Shown: positions 46,192-54,657 of the stretch, piece by piece
Position numbering within the stretch: the first letter of the stretch is position 1
How the letters are laid out: the number at the start of each line of letters is the position of its first letter
Notes under the pieces: model-generated
What the model saw: the letters and a program-made list of their open reading frames with translations, nothing else
Told to the model about the DNA's origin: nothing
Databases searched by the model: none
Position numbers and translations under genes: made by a program
Origin: a virus
Taxonomy: Duplodnaviria > Heunggongvirae > Uroviricota > Caudoviricetes
DNA length: 64,000 nt
Virus record (IMG/VR): IMGVR_UViG_2802429331_000003
Coordinates: 1-64,000 of that record
Strand: one strand, 5' to 3'

Positions 46192-46970
46192 CGATCAGCA
46201 GCGAATCCGAGATCCGCTTGATGACGCTGAACGTCCAGCGCGCCAGCGAGGTCCGCGCACACCACCAGGTGGCGTGGCTTTCCGAGTACGCGGCCGACGT
46301 CGTGGTCCTCACCGAGGTGTCCGCCGGGCGCGCTGGAGATGTCACTGCCCGCCTGCTCGAGGAAGCGGGCTACAGCGTGCATCTGTCGAAGCCGGGAGAC
46401 GACAACTACCGGGTGCTACTGGCCGCGCGCGGAGTGGTCGAACCGATCGAGGCCGCAATCACAGTGATGCCCAACCGATTCGTGTTCGCTGGCATCAAGC
46501 CGTCCACGGGGTCCTGCTTCTCCGTCGCAGGACTGTATGTCCCTTCACGCGGGCCGAAGGAAGCACGAAACGTCGCAAAACGGGCATTCCAGGAGGCGGT
46601 TGCCGCGACCCTTCCGCAACTAGCCGAGCAGGTTGAGGTCGGCCCCTGTGTCATCACCGGCGACCTCAATGTGGTCGAGCCAGGGCACACACCGCACTAC
46701 AAAGTGTTCGGCACGTGGGAATACGACTTCTACCGATCCTTCGCCGCCAATGGCTTCACCGATGCGTTCCGGCTCCGCCACCCGGACCTGGTCGACCATT
46801 CATGGTTTGGCCGGCCGGCTAAGAACGGCAGCCGCAATGGATATCGGTTCGACCACACCTTCATCAGCACCGAGCATCGCGACCTCGTCTCCGACTGCTA
46901 TTACGAGCACCAGCCACGGCTTGACGGCATCAGCGACCACGCCGCGATGATCCTGACCCTGCGTATGTAA
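46188..46970 (+). CDS. Endonuclease/exonuclease/phosphatase (EEP) family protein (260 aa); ATGA-coupled to the AKR gene.
   Basis: EEP signatures LTEVSAGRAGD, ITGDLNVVEPGH, SDHAAMILTL. Confidence 0.65.
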   Translation: MTISSESEIRLMTLNVQRASEVRAHHQVAWLSEYAADVVVLTEVSAGRAGDVTARLLEEAGYSVHLSKPGDDNYRVLLAARGVVEPIEAAITVMPNRFVFAGIKPSTGSCFSVAGLYVPSRGPKEARNVAKRAFQEAVAATLPQLAEQVEVGPCVITGDLNVVEPGHTPHYKVFGTWEYDFYRSFAANGFTDAFRLRHPDLVDHSWFGRPAKNGSRNGYRFDHTFISTEHRDLVSDCYYEHQPRLDGISDHAAMILTLRM

Positions 46971-47069
46971 CCCATTCCCTACCAACACCCTTCAGCGCCC
47001 GACCCCAGATCGGCTCGCGCTGCGGCCCAGTGCTGCCGAAAACCGGTCGGACACCCCGCCCAGAACGGC

Positions 47070-49211
47070 ATGCCCATGCATCACACCGACCCCGTCACCT
47101 ACCGCATCCTCCGTGCGGTCGCTCTCGCCAACGGTGACACCACTACGACCGCAAAGCTTCTCACAGACCTCCACCTCACCGAGCCCAACCGGCTGCGAGA
47201 CATGCTCGCGACCACGATGCCCGCACGCGTCGTCGTCACCGGCACGCTCGACCGCCGCCTCCTCCTGGTCGAACATGAAGACCACGCCACCTGGACAATC
47301 GCCGAACTGTCCGGTCAGCCGCTTTCCGACCGCGACTGGCCCACCTGGGCGCGTGACGGAATCGTGTTCGAGGAAGGCGACTCCTGGATCAGCAACGCGA
47401 ATCTGAACGAAGCAGCGGAACACCGATTCGCTCGCCCTGCCGTGCTACTGACGGCTCTCTACCATCCGGAGTACTTCCCGCTGCCCCGGTTTCCCTTGGC
47501 CATCAGCGATCTCGCCCGCGCGGCCCGCGCCACCCTCACAGGCCACACCACGTTGATGGACATGCAGCTGGGCGTCACCCTCGACGACATCATCGAGGCG
47601 GTCCATACGCGCAGACCCGACATCCTCGGCATCTCAGCGACATTCGGCCAACATGACCTCCTCGTGAATCTGCTCGAGGACATCGAGTCACTTCACGATC
47701 GGCCGCTGGTCATCGCCGGAGGCAGCCTCACGGCCCGCAACGAACACCTCCTGCTGGAACGCTGGCCGTGGTTGCTGATCGCCCGCGGCGCCGGCGAACC
47801 CACGATCGCCGACACGCTCGCATTCTGGAATCGTGACATCGGCTTCAGCGAGATCCGCGGCATCGGCTACGTCGGCGCCGCACGTGGAGAAGGAACTCTG
47901 GCCATCGGCCGCTACCGCAAATCCGCGACCGTCCCCAACCGGACCAGCACCGACATCTTCCCCGAACTCGACCTTCTGGCACCGACTTTCGAAAACCTGG
48001 GCGTCGCGCAACTCGAGTCCTCCCGCGGCTGCACCAACTACTGCTCCTTCTGCCCCCGCGGCCACAAAGGAAAGTGGTCCGGCGTCCCACCGGAGCAACT
48101 GCCAATGATCGTGTCGGCCATGGGCGATGTATTCGACCGATATCCCCAAATCGCGAGGACGCTCTATCTGGTCGATGAAGAATTCGTTGGCCGCGGCCCG
48201 GACGCTGTCGATCGCGCCCTCAACGTCGCCGAGGTCCTCCACCAGCAACGCTTCGCCTGGGAAACCTCCTGCCGAGTCGACCAGGTCGTGCGCACCGATA
48301 CCGACCGGGCCTGGCATCTCGAACGCGCGCAAATGTGGAGATCGTTGTGCGAGAAGGGACTTCGGCGCTGCTTGTTCGGCGTCGAATCGGGCGTGACGTC
48401 GATCCTCACCAGGTTCAACAAGGAGACCACCGGTGAGCAGAATGCCCTGGCGATCAGAACCCTGTCCGCGCTCGGCGTGCCGACCAGATTCACTTACATC
48501 ACCTTCGACCACCTCATGACCGAAGCCGAACTGCGAAGCACCTACCACTTTCAATCCCGCACTGACCTCATCCTGAAGCCACTGCCCCACATGCCGATCG
48601 AGGACATCATCGACGGCGTCCGAGACGAATCCTTCGTCGCCGAGCACACCACCGGCCGACCCTTCTACACCGGCATCTCCTACATGCTCGTCTCGATGGA
48701 ATGCCTAATCGGCGCCGCGTACACCAAACAGGTCCAGGCCGCCGGACTCGCCGGCGCGGCCCGACCGTCGATGGGACGCCTCGACGCCCAATTCGCGGAT
48801 CGCCGAATCGGCGTCCTGTCCCAGCACGCACAGCTCTGGGTCGACCGGCATTTCGCCCTCGACTACACCCTCAAGTCGCTGGAAAAGATCCTCGACGGCC
48901 ACCCTCGCGCTGCGGCAAGAGGAGCACGAGGAGTCATCAAAGACGCGGCATTCGAACTCTTCAGCGACATGCTCGACACTCTCGACGTGTGGTCGCCGGA
49001 CAGCACCGACCTCGACGGATTGGCAACCATCCTCACCAAAATGATGGACGCACGCTTGGAACCACTGGCCGAACGTATGACGAAAACCGTTGCCGGCCTG
49101 CGACAGATCCTGCCTCCCGATGACCGGCAACTCCTCGACGTCGAGTTCGACCGATGGACCGACCGCAGCGGATGGGAACTGATCAACGCAGCCGATCCAT
49201 GCGGAACCTAG
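47070..49211 (+). CDS. B12-binding-domain radical SAM enzyme (class B rSAM), 713 aa, with an extra N-terminal domain of about 130 aa and a long C-terminal extension.
   Basis: Radical SAM cluster motif SSRGCTNYCSFCPRG (CxxxCxxC); upstream cobalamin-binding-like Rossmann segment DILGISATFGQHDLLVNLLEDIESLHDRPLVIAGGSLT. Confidence 0.75.
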   Translation: MPMHHTDPVTYRILRAVALANGDTTTTAKLLTDLHLTEPNRLRDMLATTMPARVVVTGTLDRRLLLVEHEDHATWTIAELSGQPLSDRDWPTWARDGIVFEEGDSWISNANLNEAAEHRFARPAVLLTALYHPEYFPLPRFPLAISDLARAARATLTGHTTLMDMQLGVTLDDIIEAVHTRRPDILGISATFGQHDLLVNLLEDIESLHDRPLVIAGGSLTARNEHLLLERWPWLLIARGAGEPTIADTLAFWNRDIGFSEIRGIGYVGAARGEGTLAIGRYRKSATVPNRTSTDIFPELDLLAPTFENLGVAQLESSRGCTNYCSFCPRGHKGKWSGVPPEQLPMIVSAMGDVFDRYPQIARTLYLVDEEFVGRGPDAVDRALNVAEVLHQQRFAWETSCRVDQVVRTDTDRAWHLERAQMWRSLCEKGLRRCLFGVESGVTSILTRFNKETTGEQNALAIRTLSALGVPTRFTYITFDHLMTEAELRSTYHFQSRTDLILKPLPHMPIEDIIDGVRDESFVAEHTTGRPFYTGISYMLVSMECLIGAAYTKQVQAAGLAGAARPSMGRLDAQFADRRIGVLSQHAQLWVDRHFALDYTLKSLEKILDGHPRAAARGARGVIKDAAFELFSDMLDTLDVWSPDSTDLDGLATILTKMMDARLEPLAERMTKTVAGLRQILPPDDRQLLDVEFDRWTDRSGWELINAADPCGT

Positions 49212-49816
49212 CTGGCGGCCTCGGGAATCGGTACCCAGTTGAACTCAGGGCAGAACCGCGCATAGGTGGTGAGCTTCCAGGCCGCGTACTCCTCCAACCG
49301 GCCCGTATCCCGAAGCAGATGCTTCACCCAGGTGTGCGCGATCCGCTCAGGGTCGGTCATGGTCGCCTCGATGTCGTCGAGCATCCGGCATGCAACCGCG
49401 AAGTCCTCCTCGGTCTGCACGCTCAGGTCGACCTCGACCTCATCGACGGAAAACACGTACACCAACCGGGTCGTCGAGGTGCTGGTGAAACGCTCACCCT
49501 TGAACTTCGCGTGCCGGTCGATGACGGAGCGCAGCTGCTCGCGCTCGTCGACCGGCCAGCCGATAGCAAGATCGAGGTCGCTGGTCTCGAGATTGCAGCG
49601 CAGTCCGAACGATCCGACATCGCGGGGCTCGCGGCCGGTCCATTCTCGGATGAGGTCTGACGCCTTCGTTCGGGTGGCGAGCAATCGCGCGTCATGGGCG
49701 CGGCGCGCCTGCCAGAATGCCTGTGCCCGAGCCCATTCCGCGGCCGGAAAGTCGTTTGGTTCGGCCCAACCCGAGGCCACGATCGCATCCAGGTCGAACA
49801 CCTTCGCGTCTGTCAC
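49208..49816 (-). CDS. Minimal nucleotidyltransferase (Pol-beta superfamily) with helical C-terminal domain, 202 aa; convergent and stop-overlapping with the rSAM gene.
   Basis: NTase motif VGSFGLRCNLETSDLDLAI (G-S-x9-13-D-x-D) and third acidic strand RLVYVFSVDEVEVDLSV. Confidence 0.65.
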   Translation of the reverse strand: MTDAKVFDLDAIVASGWAEPNDFPAAEWARAQAFWQARRAHDARLLATRTKASDLIREWTGREPRDVGSFGLRCNLETSDLDLAIGWPVDEREQLRSVIDRHAKFKGERFTSTSTTRLVYVFSVDEVEVDLSVQTEEDFAVACRMLDDIEATMTDPERIAHTWVKHLLRDTGRLEEYAAWKLTTYARFCPEFNWVPIPEAAS

Positions 49817-49900
49817 AGGGGCAGGCTACCGTCACAACGTCGCAGATCACCGTGTTACACGAAACTGACTCGCCCAAATGAAACCTTGAAGGGATCCTTG

Positions 49901-50362
49901 GTGCCGTACCTCAACCACGTTGACGTTCACCTCCTGCTCGTGCGCGATGACCAGATCTTCCTGGCTCGCCGAGCCAACACGGGGTACGCCGATGGGCTAT
50001 GGAATCTCCCCTCCGGAAAGCTCGACCCGGGTGAGGATCTCATCGCCGCAGTCATGCGCGAGGCGAATGAAGAGGTCGGGTTGGAGCTGGAGCGCCCCGC
50101 GATGCAGCTGGCGACCGTCGTTCACAAGCATGCGCCGGACGGTCCTGCGCGGGTCGGGACGTTCTTCCTCGCGACACGCTGGGTCGGCGAGCCCCGCAAT
50201 GCAGAGCCGCACAAGTGCAGTGAGATCGCATGGTTCCCCATCGACGAATTGCCTGACGATGTTGTGCCCTACAGCAGGGCAGGGATCGAGCAGTGGCGCC
50301 GTGGTGAATCGTTTGGCCTGCTCGACTGGCCGCACCATCGACTCGCAACCGGTGCCGCATGA
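49901..50362 (+). CDS. NUDIX hydrolase (about 153 aa).
   Basis: GTG start after GAAGGGA; Nudix box GKLDPGEDLIAAVMREANEEVG. Confidence 0.75.
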   Translation: MPYLNHVDVHLLLVRDDQIFLARRANTGYADGLWNLPSGKLDPGEDLIAAVMREANEEVGLELERPAMQLATVVHKHAPDGPARVGTFFLATRWVGEPRNAEPHKCSEIAWFPIDELPDDVVPYSRAGIEQWRRGESFGLLDWPHHRLATGAA

Positions 50363-50898
50363 TGTGGACGATTCGCAGAGCGGAGTCCGGCGACGGTCTT
50401 CGGCTCCGCTCGCTTCGACTCCAGGCACTAACCGACGCGCCGGAAGCCTTCCTCGAGACTTACGACCAGGCGGTGGCCCTCGAACCTGGAGAGTGGGAAT
50501 CGCGCATAGAACGGTCACGGCAGCCAGGGCACCAACTCCTGGTCGTGGGTGAGGCCGGCGGAATCTGGTTGGGTATGGCAGGGGCTTTCGTGGATTGCGA
50601 TCGCGACTCTGCGGATCTGACGATTCCGGTTGGTCCGCAAGATCGTTGGGCGATGCTCTGGGGCATGTATGCGGTCCCAACAGTTCGCGGCCAGGGCCTC
50701 GCCGCTGAATTGTGCACTGAAGCGCGCAAGTGGGCGGCCATCGAAGCGCGTGTGAGCTGGCTGGGTCTGGACGTACGGGATTCAAACGCTCGCGCGATCC
50801 GGTTCTACCGGCGCGAGGGATTCGAAGTCGTGGCCCGCCGCGAGCACCGCGAGTTGGGTGTGACATCACTGGTGATGGTGCAACCGGTTGCTATCTGA
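50359..50898 (+). CDS. GNAT family N-acetyltransferase (179 aa); its last about 6 codons lie in the palindromic repeat junction.
   Basis: GNAT motif A-like VPTVRGQGLAAELCTEARKWAAIEARVSWLGLDVRDSNARAIRFYRREGFE; 4-nt overlap with the NUDIX gene. Confidence 0.7.
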   Translation: MMWTIRRAESGDGLRLRSLRLQALTDAPEAFLETYDQAVALEPGEWESRIERSRQPGHQLLVVGEAGGIWLGMAGAFVDCDRDSADLTIPVGPQDRWAMLWGMYAVPTVRGQGLAAELCTEARKWAAIEARVSWLGLDVRDSNARAIRFYRREGFEVVARREHRELGVTSLVMVQPVAI

Positions 50899-51459
50899 CT
50901 TGCGCCATGTCGGCCACCGGCCTACGGGAAGCGCGTGAACGATGCCGAGCCACTCGCAGTGCCGACAGCTCGGCATCTTCATGTCACAGTGACGTTTCCA
51001 TCGAGACCCTAGGCCAGGCTCGAATGCCCGCCGCTGGAGCCGAATCCGCCGGTTCCACGTTCGGCTTCCTCCAGCTGCTCGACACATTCGAAGTCGACCA
51101 GCTCGATGCGCTGAACGATTAGCTGCGCGATGCGGTCGCCGCGGCGGATCTCGATCGGGGTGCGCGGATCCAGGTTGATCAGGCAGACCTTGACCTCGCC
51201 GCGGTAGCCGGCGTCGATGGTGCCGGGCGCATTAACGATCGACAGGCCGGCTTTGGCGGCGAGGCCCGATCGCGGATGGATGAGCCCGACCGTTCCGATT
51301 GGGAGTTCCAGCGCGATGCCAGTGCCGACGAGCACCCGCTCCCCCGGCCCGATGACCTCGTCGTTAGTCGTGCGCAGATCCACGCCGGCATCGCCTTCGT
51401 AGATGCGGACGAGGTCGAACCAGGTGGGGTCTGATTTCCGGTATCGAATGGGTTCGCGG
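50892..51459. repeat. Copy A of an approximately 570-bp unit (dut + 3' flank), reference orientation.
   Basis: Identical ORF strings recur on opposite strands in the ORF track (e.g. 51217..51402 + equals 51520..51705 -). Flanked on the left by the 12-bp palindrome gcaaccggttgc. Confidence 0.8.
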
Positions 51460-51464
51460 GTCAC
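51009..51464 (-). CDS. dut: dUTP diphosphatase (dUTPase), 151 aa; the only full-length copy.
   Basis: dUTPase motifs [52 protein letters not shown]. Confidence 0.85.
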   Translation of the reverse strand: MTREPIRYRKSDPTWFDLVRIYEGDAGVDLRTTNDEVIGPGERVLVGTGIALELPIGTVGLIHPRSGLAAKAGLSIVNAPGTIDAGYRGEVKVCLINLDPRTPIEIRRGDRIAQLIVQRIELVDFECVEQLEEAERGTGGFGSSGGHSSLA

Positions 51465-52036
51465 GCGAACCCATTCGATACCGGAAATCAGACCCCACCT
51501 GGTTCGACCTCGTCCGCATCTACGAAGGCGATGCCGGCGTGGATCTGCGCACGACTAACGACGAGGTCATCGGGCCGGGGGAGCGGGTGCTCGTCGGCAC
51601 TGGCATCGCGCTGGAACTCCCAATCGGAACGGTCGGGCTCATCCATCCGCGATCGGGCCTCGCCGCCAAAGCCGGCCTGTCGATCGTTAATGCGCCCGGC
51701 ACCATCGACGCCGGCTACCGCGGCGAGGTCAAGGTCTGCCTGATCAACCTGGATCCGCGCACCCCGATCGAGATCCGCCGCGGCGACCGCATCGCGCAGC
51801 TAATCGTTCAGCGCATCGAGCTGGTCGACTTCGAATGTGTCGAGCAGCTGGAGGAAGCCGAACGTGGAACCGGCGGATTCGGCTCCAGCGGCGGGCATTC
51901 GAGCCTGGCCTAGGGTCTCGATGGAAACGTCACTGTGACATGAAGATGCCGAGCTGTCGGCACTGCGAGTGGCTCGGCATCGTTCACGCGCTTCCCGTAG
52001 GCCGGTGGCCGACATGGCGCAAGTCAGATAGCAACC
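51465..52036. repeat. Copy B, inverted relative to A; dut copy lacks the native start codon.
   Basis: Mirror image of A around centre about 51462 (ttcgcg ggtca cgcgaa). ORF 51539..51913 + encodes a dUTPase identical to A from Met28. Confidence 0.8.
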
Positions 52037-52405
52037 GGTTGCTATCTGACTTGCGCCATGTCGGCCACCGGCCTACGGGAAGCGCGTGAACGATGCCGAG
52101 CCACTCGCAGTGCCGACAGCTCGGCATCTTCATGTCACAGTGACGTTTCCATCGAGACCCTAGGCCAGGCTCGAATGCCCGCCGCTGGAGCCGAATCCGC
52201 CGGTTCCACGTTCGGCTTCCTCCAGCTGCTCGACACATTCGAAGTCGACCAGCTCGATGCGCTGAACGATTAGCTGCGCGATGCGGTCGCCGCGGCGGAT
52301 CTCGATCGGGGTGCGCGGATCCAGGTTGATCAGGCAGACCTTGACCTCGCCGCGGTAGCCGGCGTCGATGGTGCCGGGCGCATTAACGATCGACAGGCCG
52401 GCTTT
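52037..52405. repeat. Copy C, same orientation as A, truncated at about 52405 (dut 3' portion only).
   Basis: Perfect spacer-less palindrome centred at about 52036 (agatagc aaccggtt gctatct). ORF 52160..52438 encodes the dut C-terminus. Confidence 0.8.
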
Positions 52406-52811
52406 GGCGGCGCGGCCCGGGGCCCACCGGTACGCCATGGCGCGGCACAGGAACGAATCGGAGCACCCGCCGCGCCGAGGGCGCGCCAGCGTCAGCGACT
52501 CGCGAGCCGTTGGCGCGCGCCATCCGTGCCGTGTTCGCGCCGAATGGTCGCCGCGCGACGTTCTTGCAGGTCAGAGCCCTTTTTCTTCTTTACGTGAGAC
52601 TTAGGCCAGACTTACTTAGTCTCACCTAAATCATCTCGAATACCCCCTCTGACCTGGCATTTCACCGCAGGACTTGACATGTCGCCGCACTACCATCTAG
52701 CTTCGTTTCTCGTCACCGACCAACGGCGACAGCGACGGACCGGCCAGCCACCACGGCGGGCCGCGACAACAGCCCGGACTCACCGGCCGGGCGAACGATG
52801 GGAGACCCGAA

Positions 52812-53525
52812 ATGACCAGCGCCACAACGGAAGCCGCCACGGCCACCACACCCGAATCCTTGGATGAGCCGCTACTCATCGGAGAATGCGAGATCGAGCC
52901 CGGCGTCCGATTCCGCAAGGTGACCAAGGGCGGCAAGCACATTGGCAACGTGATGGCGTTAGGCGATGAATGGCTCGGTATGCCAGTCCGACAGGGCACC
53001 GAACCGATCTACGCCGCAACGCTGAAAGACGTTGTGCTGGCACTGGAAACGACCGCCAAGGGTCGGCGTAGCGAGCGCACCCCCGCCGCCCCCAAGGATC
53101 CAAAGGTTGCCGCATTGAAGGCGCTTACACTGGCGGCTCGGTACAGCGACCGGGCGGCGGGCGATGTCAAGAAGATTGAGCGTCGGTGGGACCGCTTCCG
53201 TAGCACGGCCGAATACCGCAATGCATCCGACAAGGTGCAGGCCGCGAAGGACGCGCTGACCAAGGGTGCACAGACTCTCGCCAAGCAGGACCGGCTGGAC
53301 GTGGCAGAGATCGAATTCACCCGGCTCACCAAGATTGATGAGGCGTGGGCGGAAGCTGTCGAACGGTTCGAACAGCGTGCCGCTACCGCTAAGGCGCAGC
53401 TTGCCCAAGCGCACGCATTTGCCCAGGAACCCGACCAGGGCGCGACTCAGGCGGAAGCGGACGCCGCTGTGAGCGAAGCGCGTAAGCCACGTCAGCCGCG
53501 TAAGCCCAAGGCTGCGGCCAAGTAG
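52812..53525 (+). CDS. Hypothetical early protein (237 aa); Lys/Ala-rich C-terminus.
   Basis: Clean ORF with RBS; first gene of the rightward block. Confidence 0.5.
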   Translation: MTSATTEAATATTPESLDEPLLIGECEIEPGVRFRKVTKGGKHIGNVMALGDEWLGMPVRQGTEPIYAATLKDVVLALETTAKGRRSERTPAAPKDPKVAALKALTLAARYSDRAAGDVKKIERRWDRFRSTAEYRNASDKVQAAKDALTKGAQTLAKQDRLDVAEIEFTRLTKIDEAWAEAVERFEQRAATAKAQLAQAHAFAQEPDQGATQAEADAAVSEARKPRQPRKPKAAAK

Positions 53526-53689
53526 CGACGGCCGATTCTGTACGGCAGCAATCCGGCGATAAGCCGGATTGCTGACCGGGCAGAGTTTCCGTAGCGGAAT
53601 CTCTAGGGGACACCATGTTTGAGCCCCGGCGACAGTTCTCACGATGGACGGCTAGCAGCGGACTATGGCGCTGAGCGGGGTAGGCCCTC

Positions 53690-53800
53690 GCAAATCTTCG
53701 CCCTTCGGGGCAAAACGTCACCTTTCGAGGTGAATTCCTTTGCCCCGCTTGGGGCGCAATCCCTCGCCCCTCGGGGCAAACCCAAATCCGGTGCGCAACT
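53690..53800. repeat. Three tandem GC hairpin repeats (gccc(c)-loop-gggc followed by aaa).
   Basis: cgcccttcggggcaaaac / ttgccccgcttggggcgcaa / cgcccctcggggcaaaccc. Confidence 0.55.
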
Positions 53801-54186
53801 GAACGTTGCGGCCAGCCCTGGAGCCCTGGGTGTTTCGCGGAACCAGACAGTCGGCGCATGCGCCGGGCAGTGGAAGCGAACGGGCTGTGTCGTTTGAAAA
53901 CTCAATAGTGGGCCATTGGTGGCACCGATAACCATCCGGTGCGGCAGAGAGTGCGTGAGATTCCGTTTCGACGTTTCAAATGCACGGAACGTGTCGCCCG
54001 GTGTCACCACCGAAATTGTTGCCCTGCTCGGGGATTCGTCTCCGGGCAGGTCTGAGAGTGCACCGCGCAATCGGTGCATTGTCAGACCTGTGTCAGCAGG
54101 TCTTCGGCCAGTCCTGGCCGCCATGGTCGGCGCGATTCACCGCGCGCTGGCCATGCGTATCCACCGTGAATGATGGGAGATCCCAA

Positions 54187-54657
54187 ATGGTTTCGCTGTA
54201 CAAGTGGACGCCGCAGCAGTACGAGCGCGCAGAGCAGTTCTTCGATGTGTTCGACGGTGTGTTCCGGCCGTCGGCGGGGCGTGCGGTCCCGTCCGGTGTC
54301 GAGGTCGTGACGGTTGACCGGGACTACACGGTGACGGCCGCGCAAATCTCGCCGGATGGCGTGGCGCGGTACTTCCGTGATGGCGTGCAGATTCCGCACG
54401 TCGATCCTGTCCTGCCGTCCGCGATGACGCGCACGGCCGAGCGGTACGCGGCAGTGTTGCCGGAGGTACACCATGCGGTATTCGAGCAGGTTTACGGGTT
54501 GACCCCGGCGCGGGCCGCTGAGGCACTGTTGGTGCACGCGTCGGGTATGCCGCTGTGCCTTGAGACGTGGCTGTATGCGGCGCGGATTGATGCTCGGCTG
54601 CGTGCTGCGCTGGCCGGTGCCGAGCACATCGTGCGTCTGCCGATGTTCGTGGTTTAG
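54187..54657 (+). CDS. Hypothetical protein (156 aa).
   Basis: Internal ATG after gggagatcccaa of ORF 53980..54657. Confidence 0.45.
   Translation: MVSLYKWTPQQYERAEQFFDVFDGVFRPSAGRAVPSGVEVVTVDRDYTVTAAQISPDGVARYFRDGVQIPHVDPVLPSAMTRTAERYAAVLPEVHHAVFEQVYGLTPARAAEALLVHASGMPLCLETWLYAARIDARLRAALAGAEHIVRLPMFVV

Noticed and set aside
51539-52438. Second and third dUTPase ORFs as additional functional dut genes.
   Set aside because: Copy B lacks the native GTG start, which is destroyed at the palindromic junction. Copy C is truncated. They are repeat-derived fragments, not independent genes.
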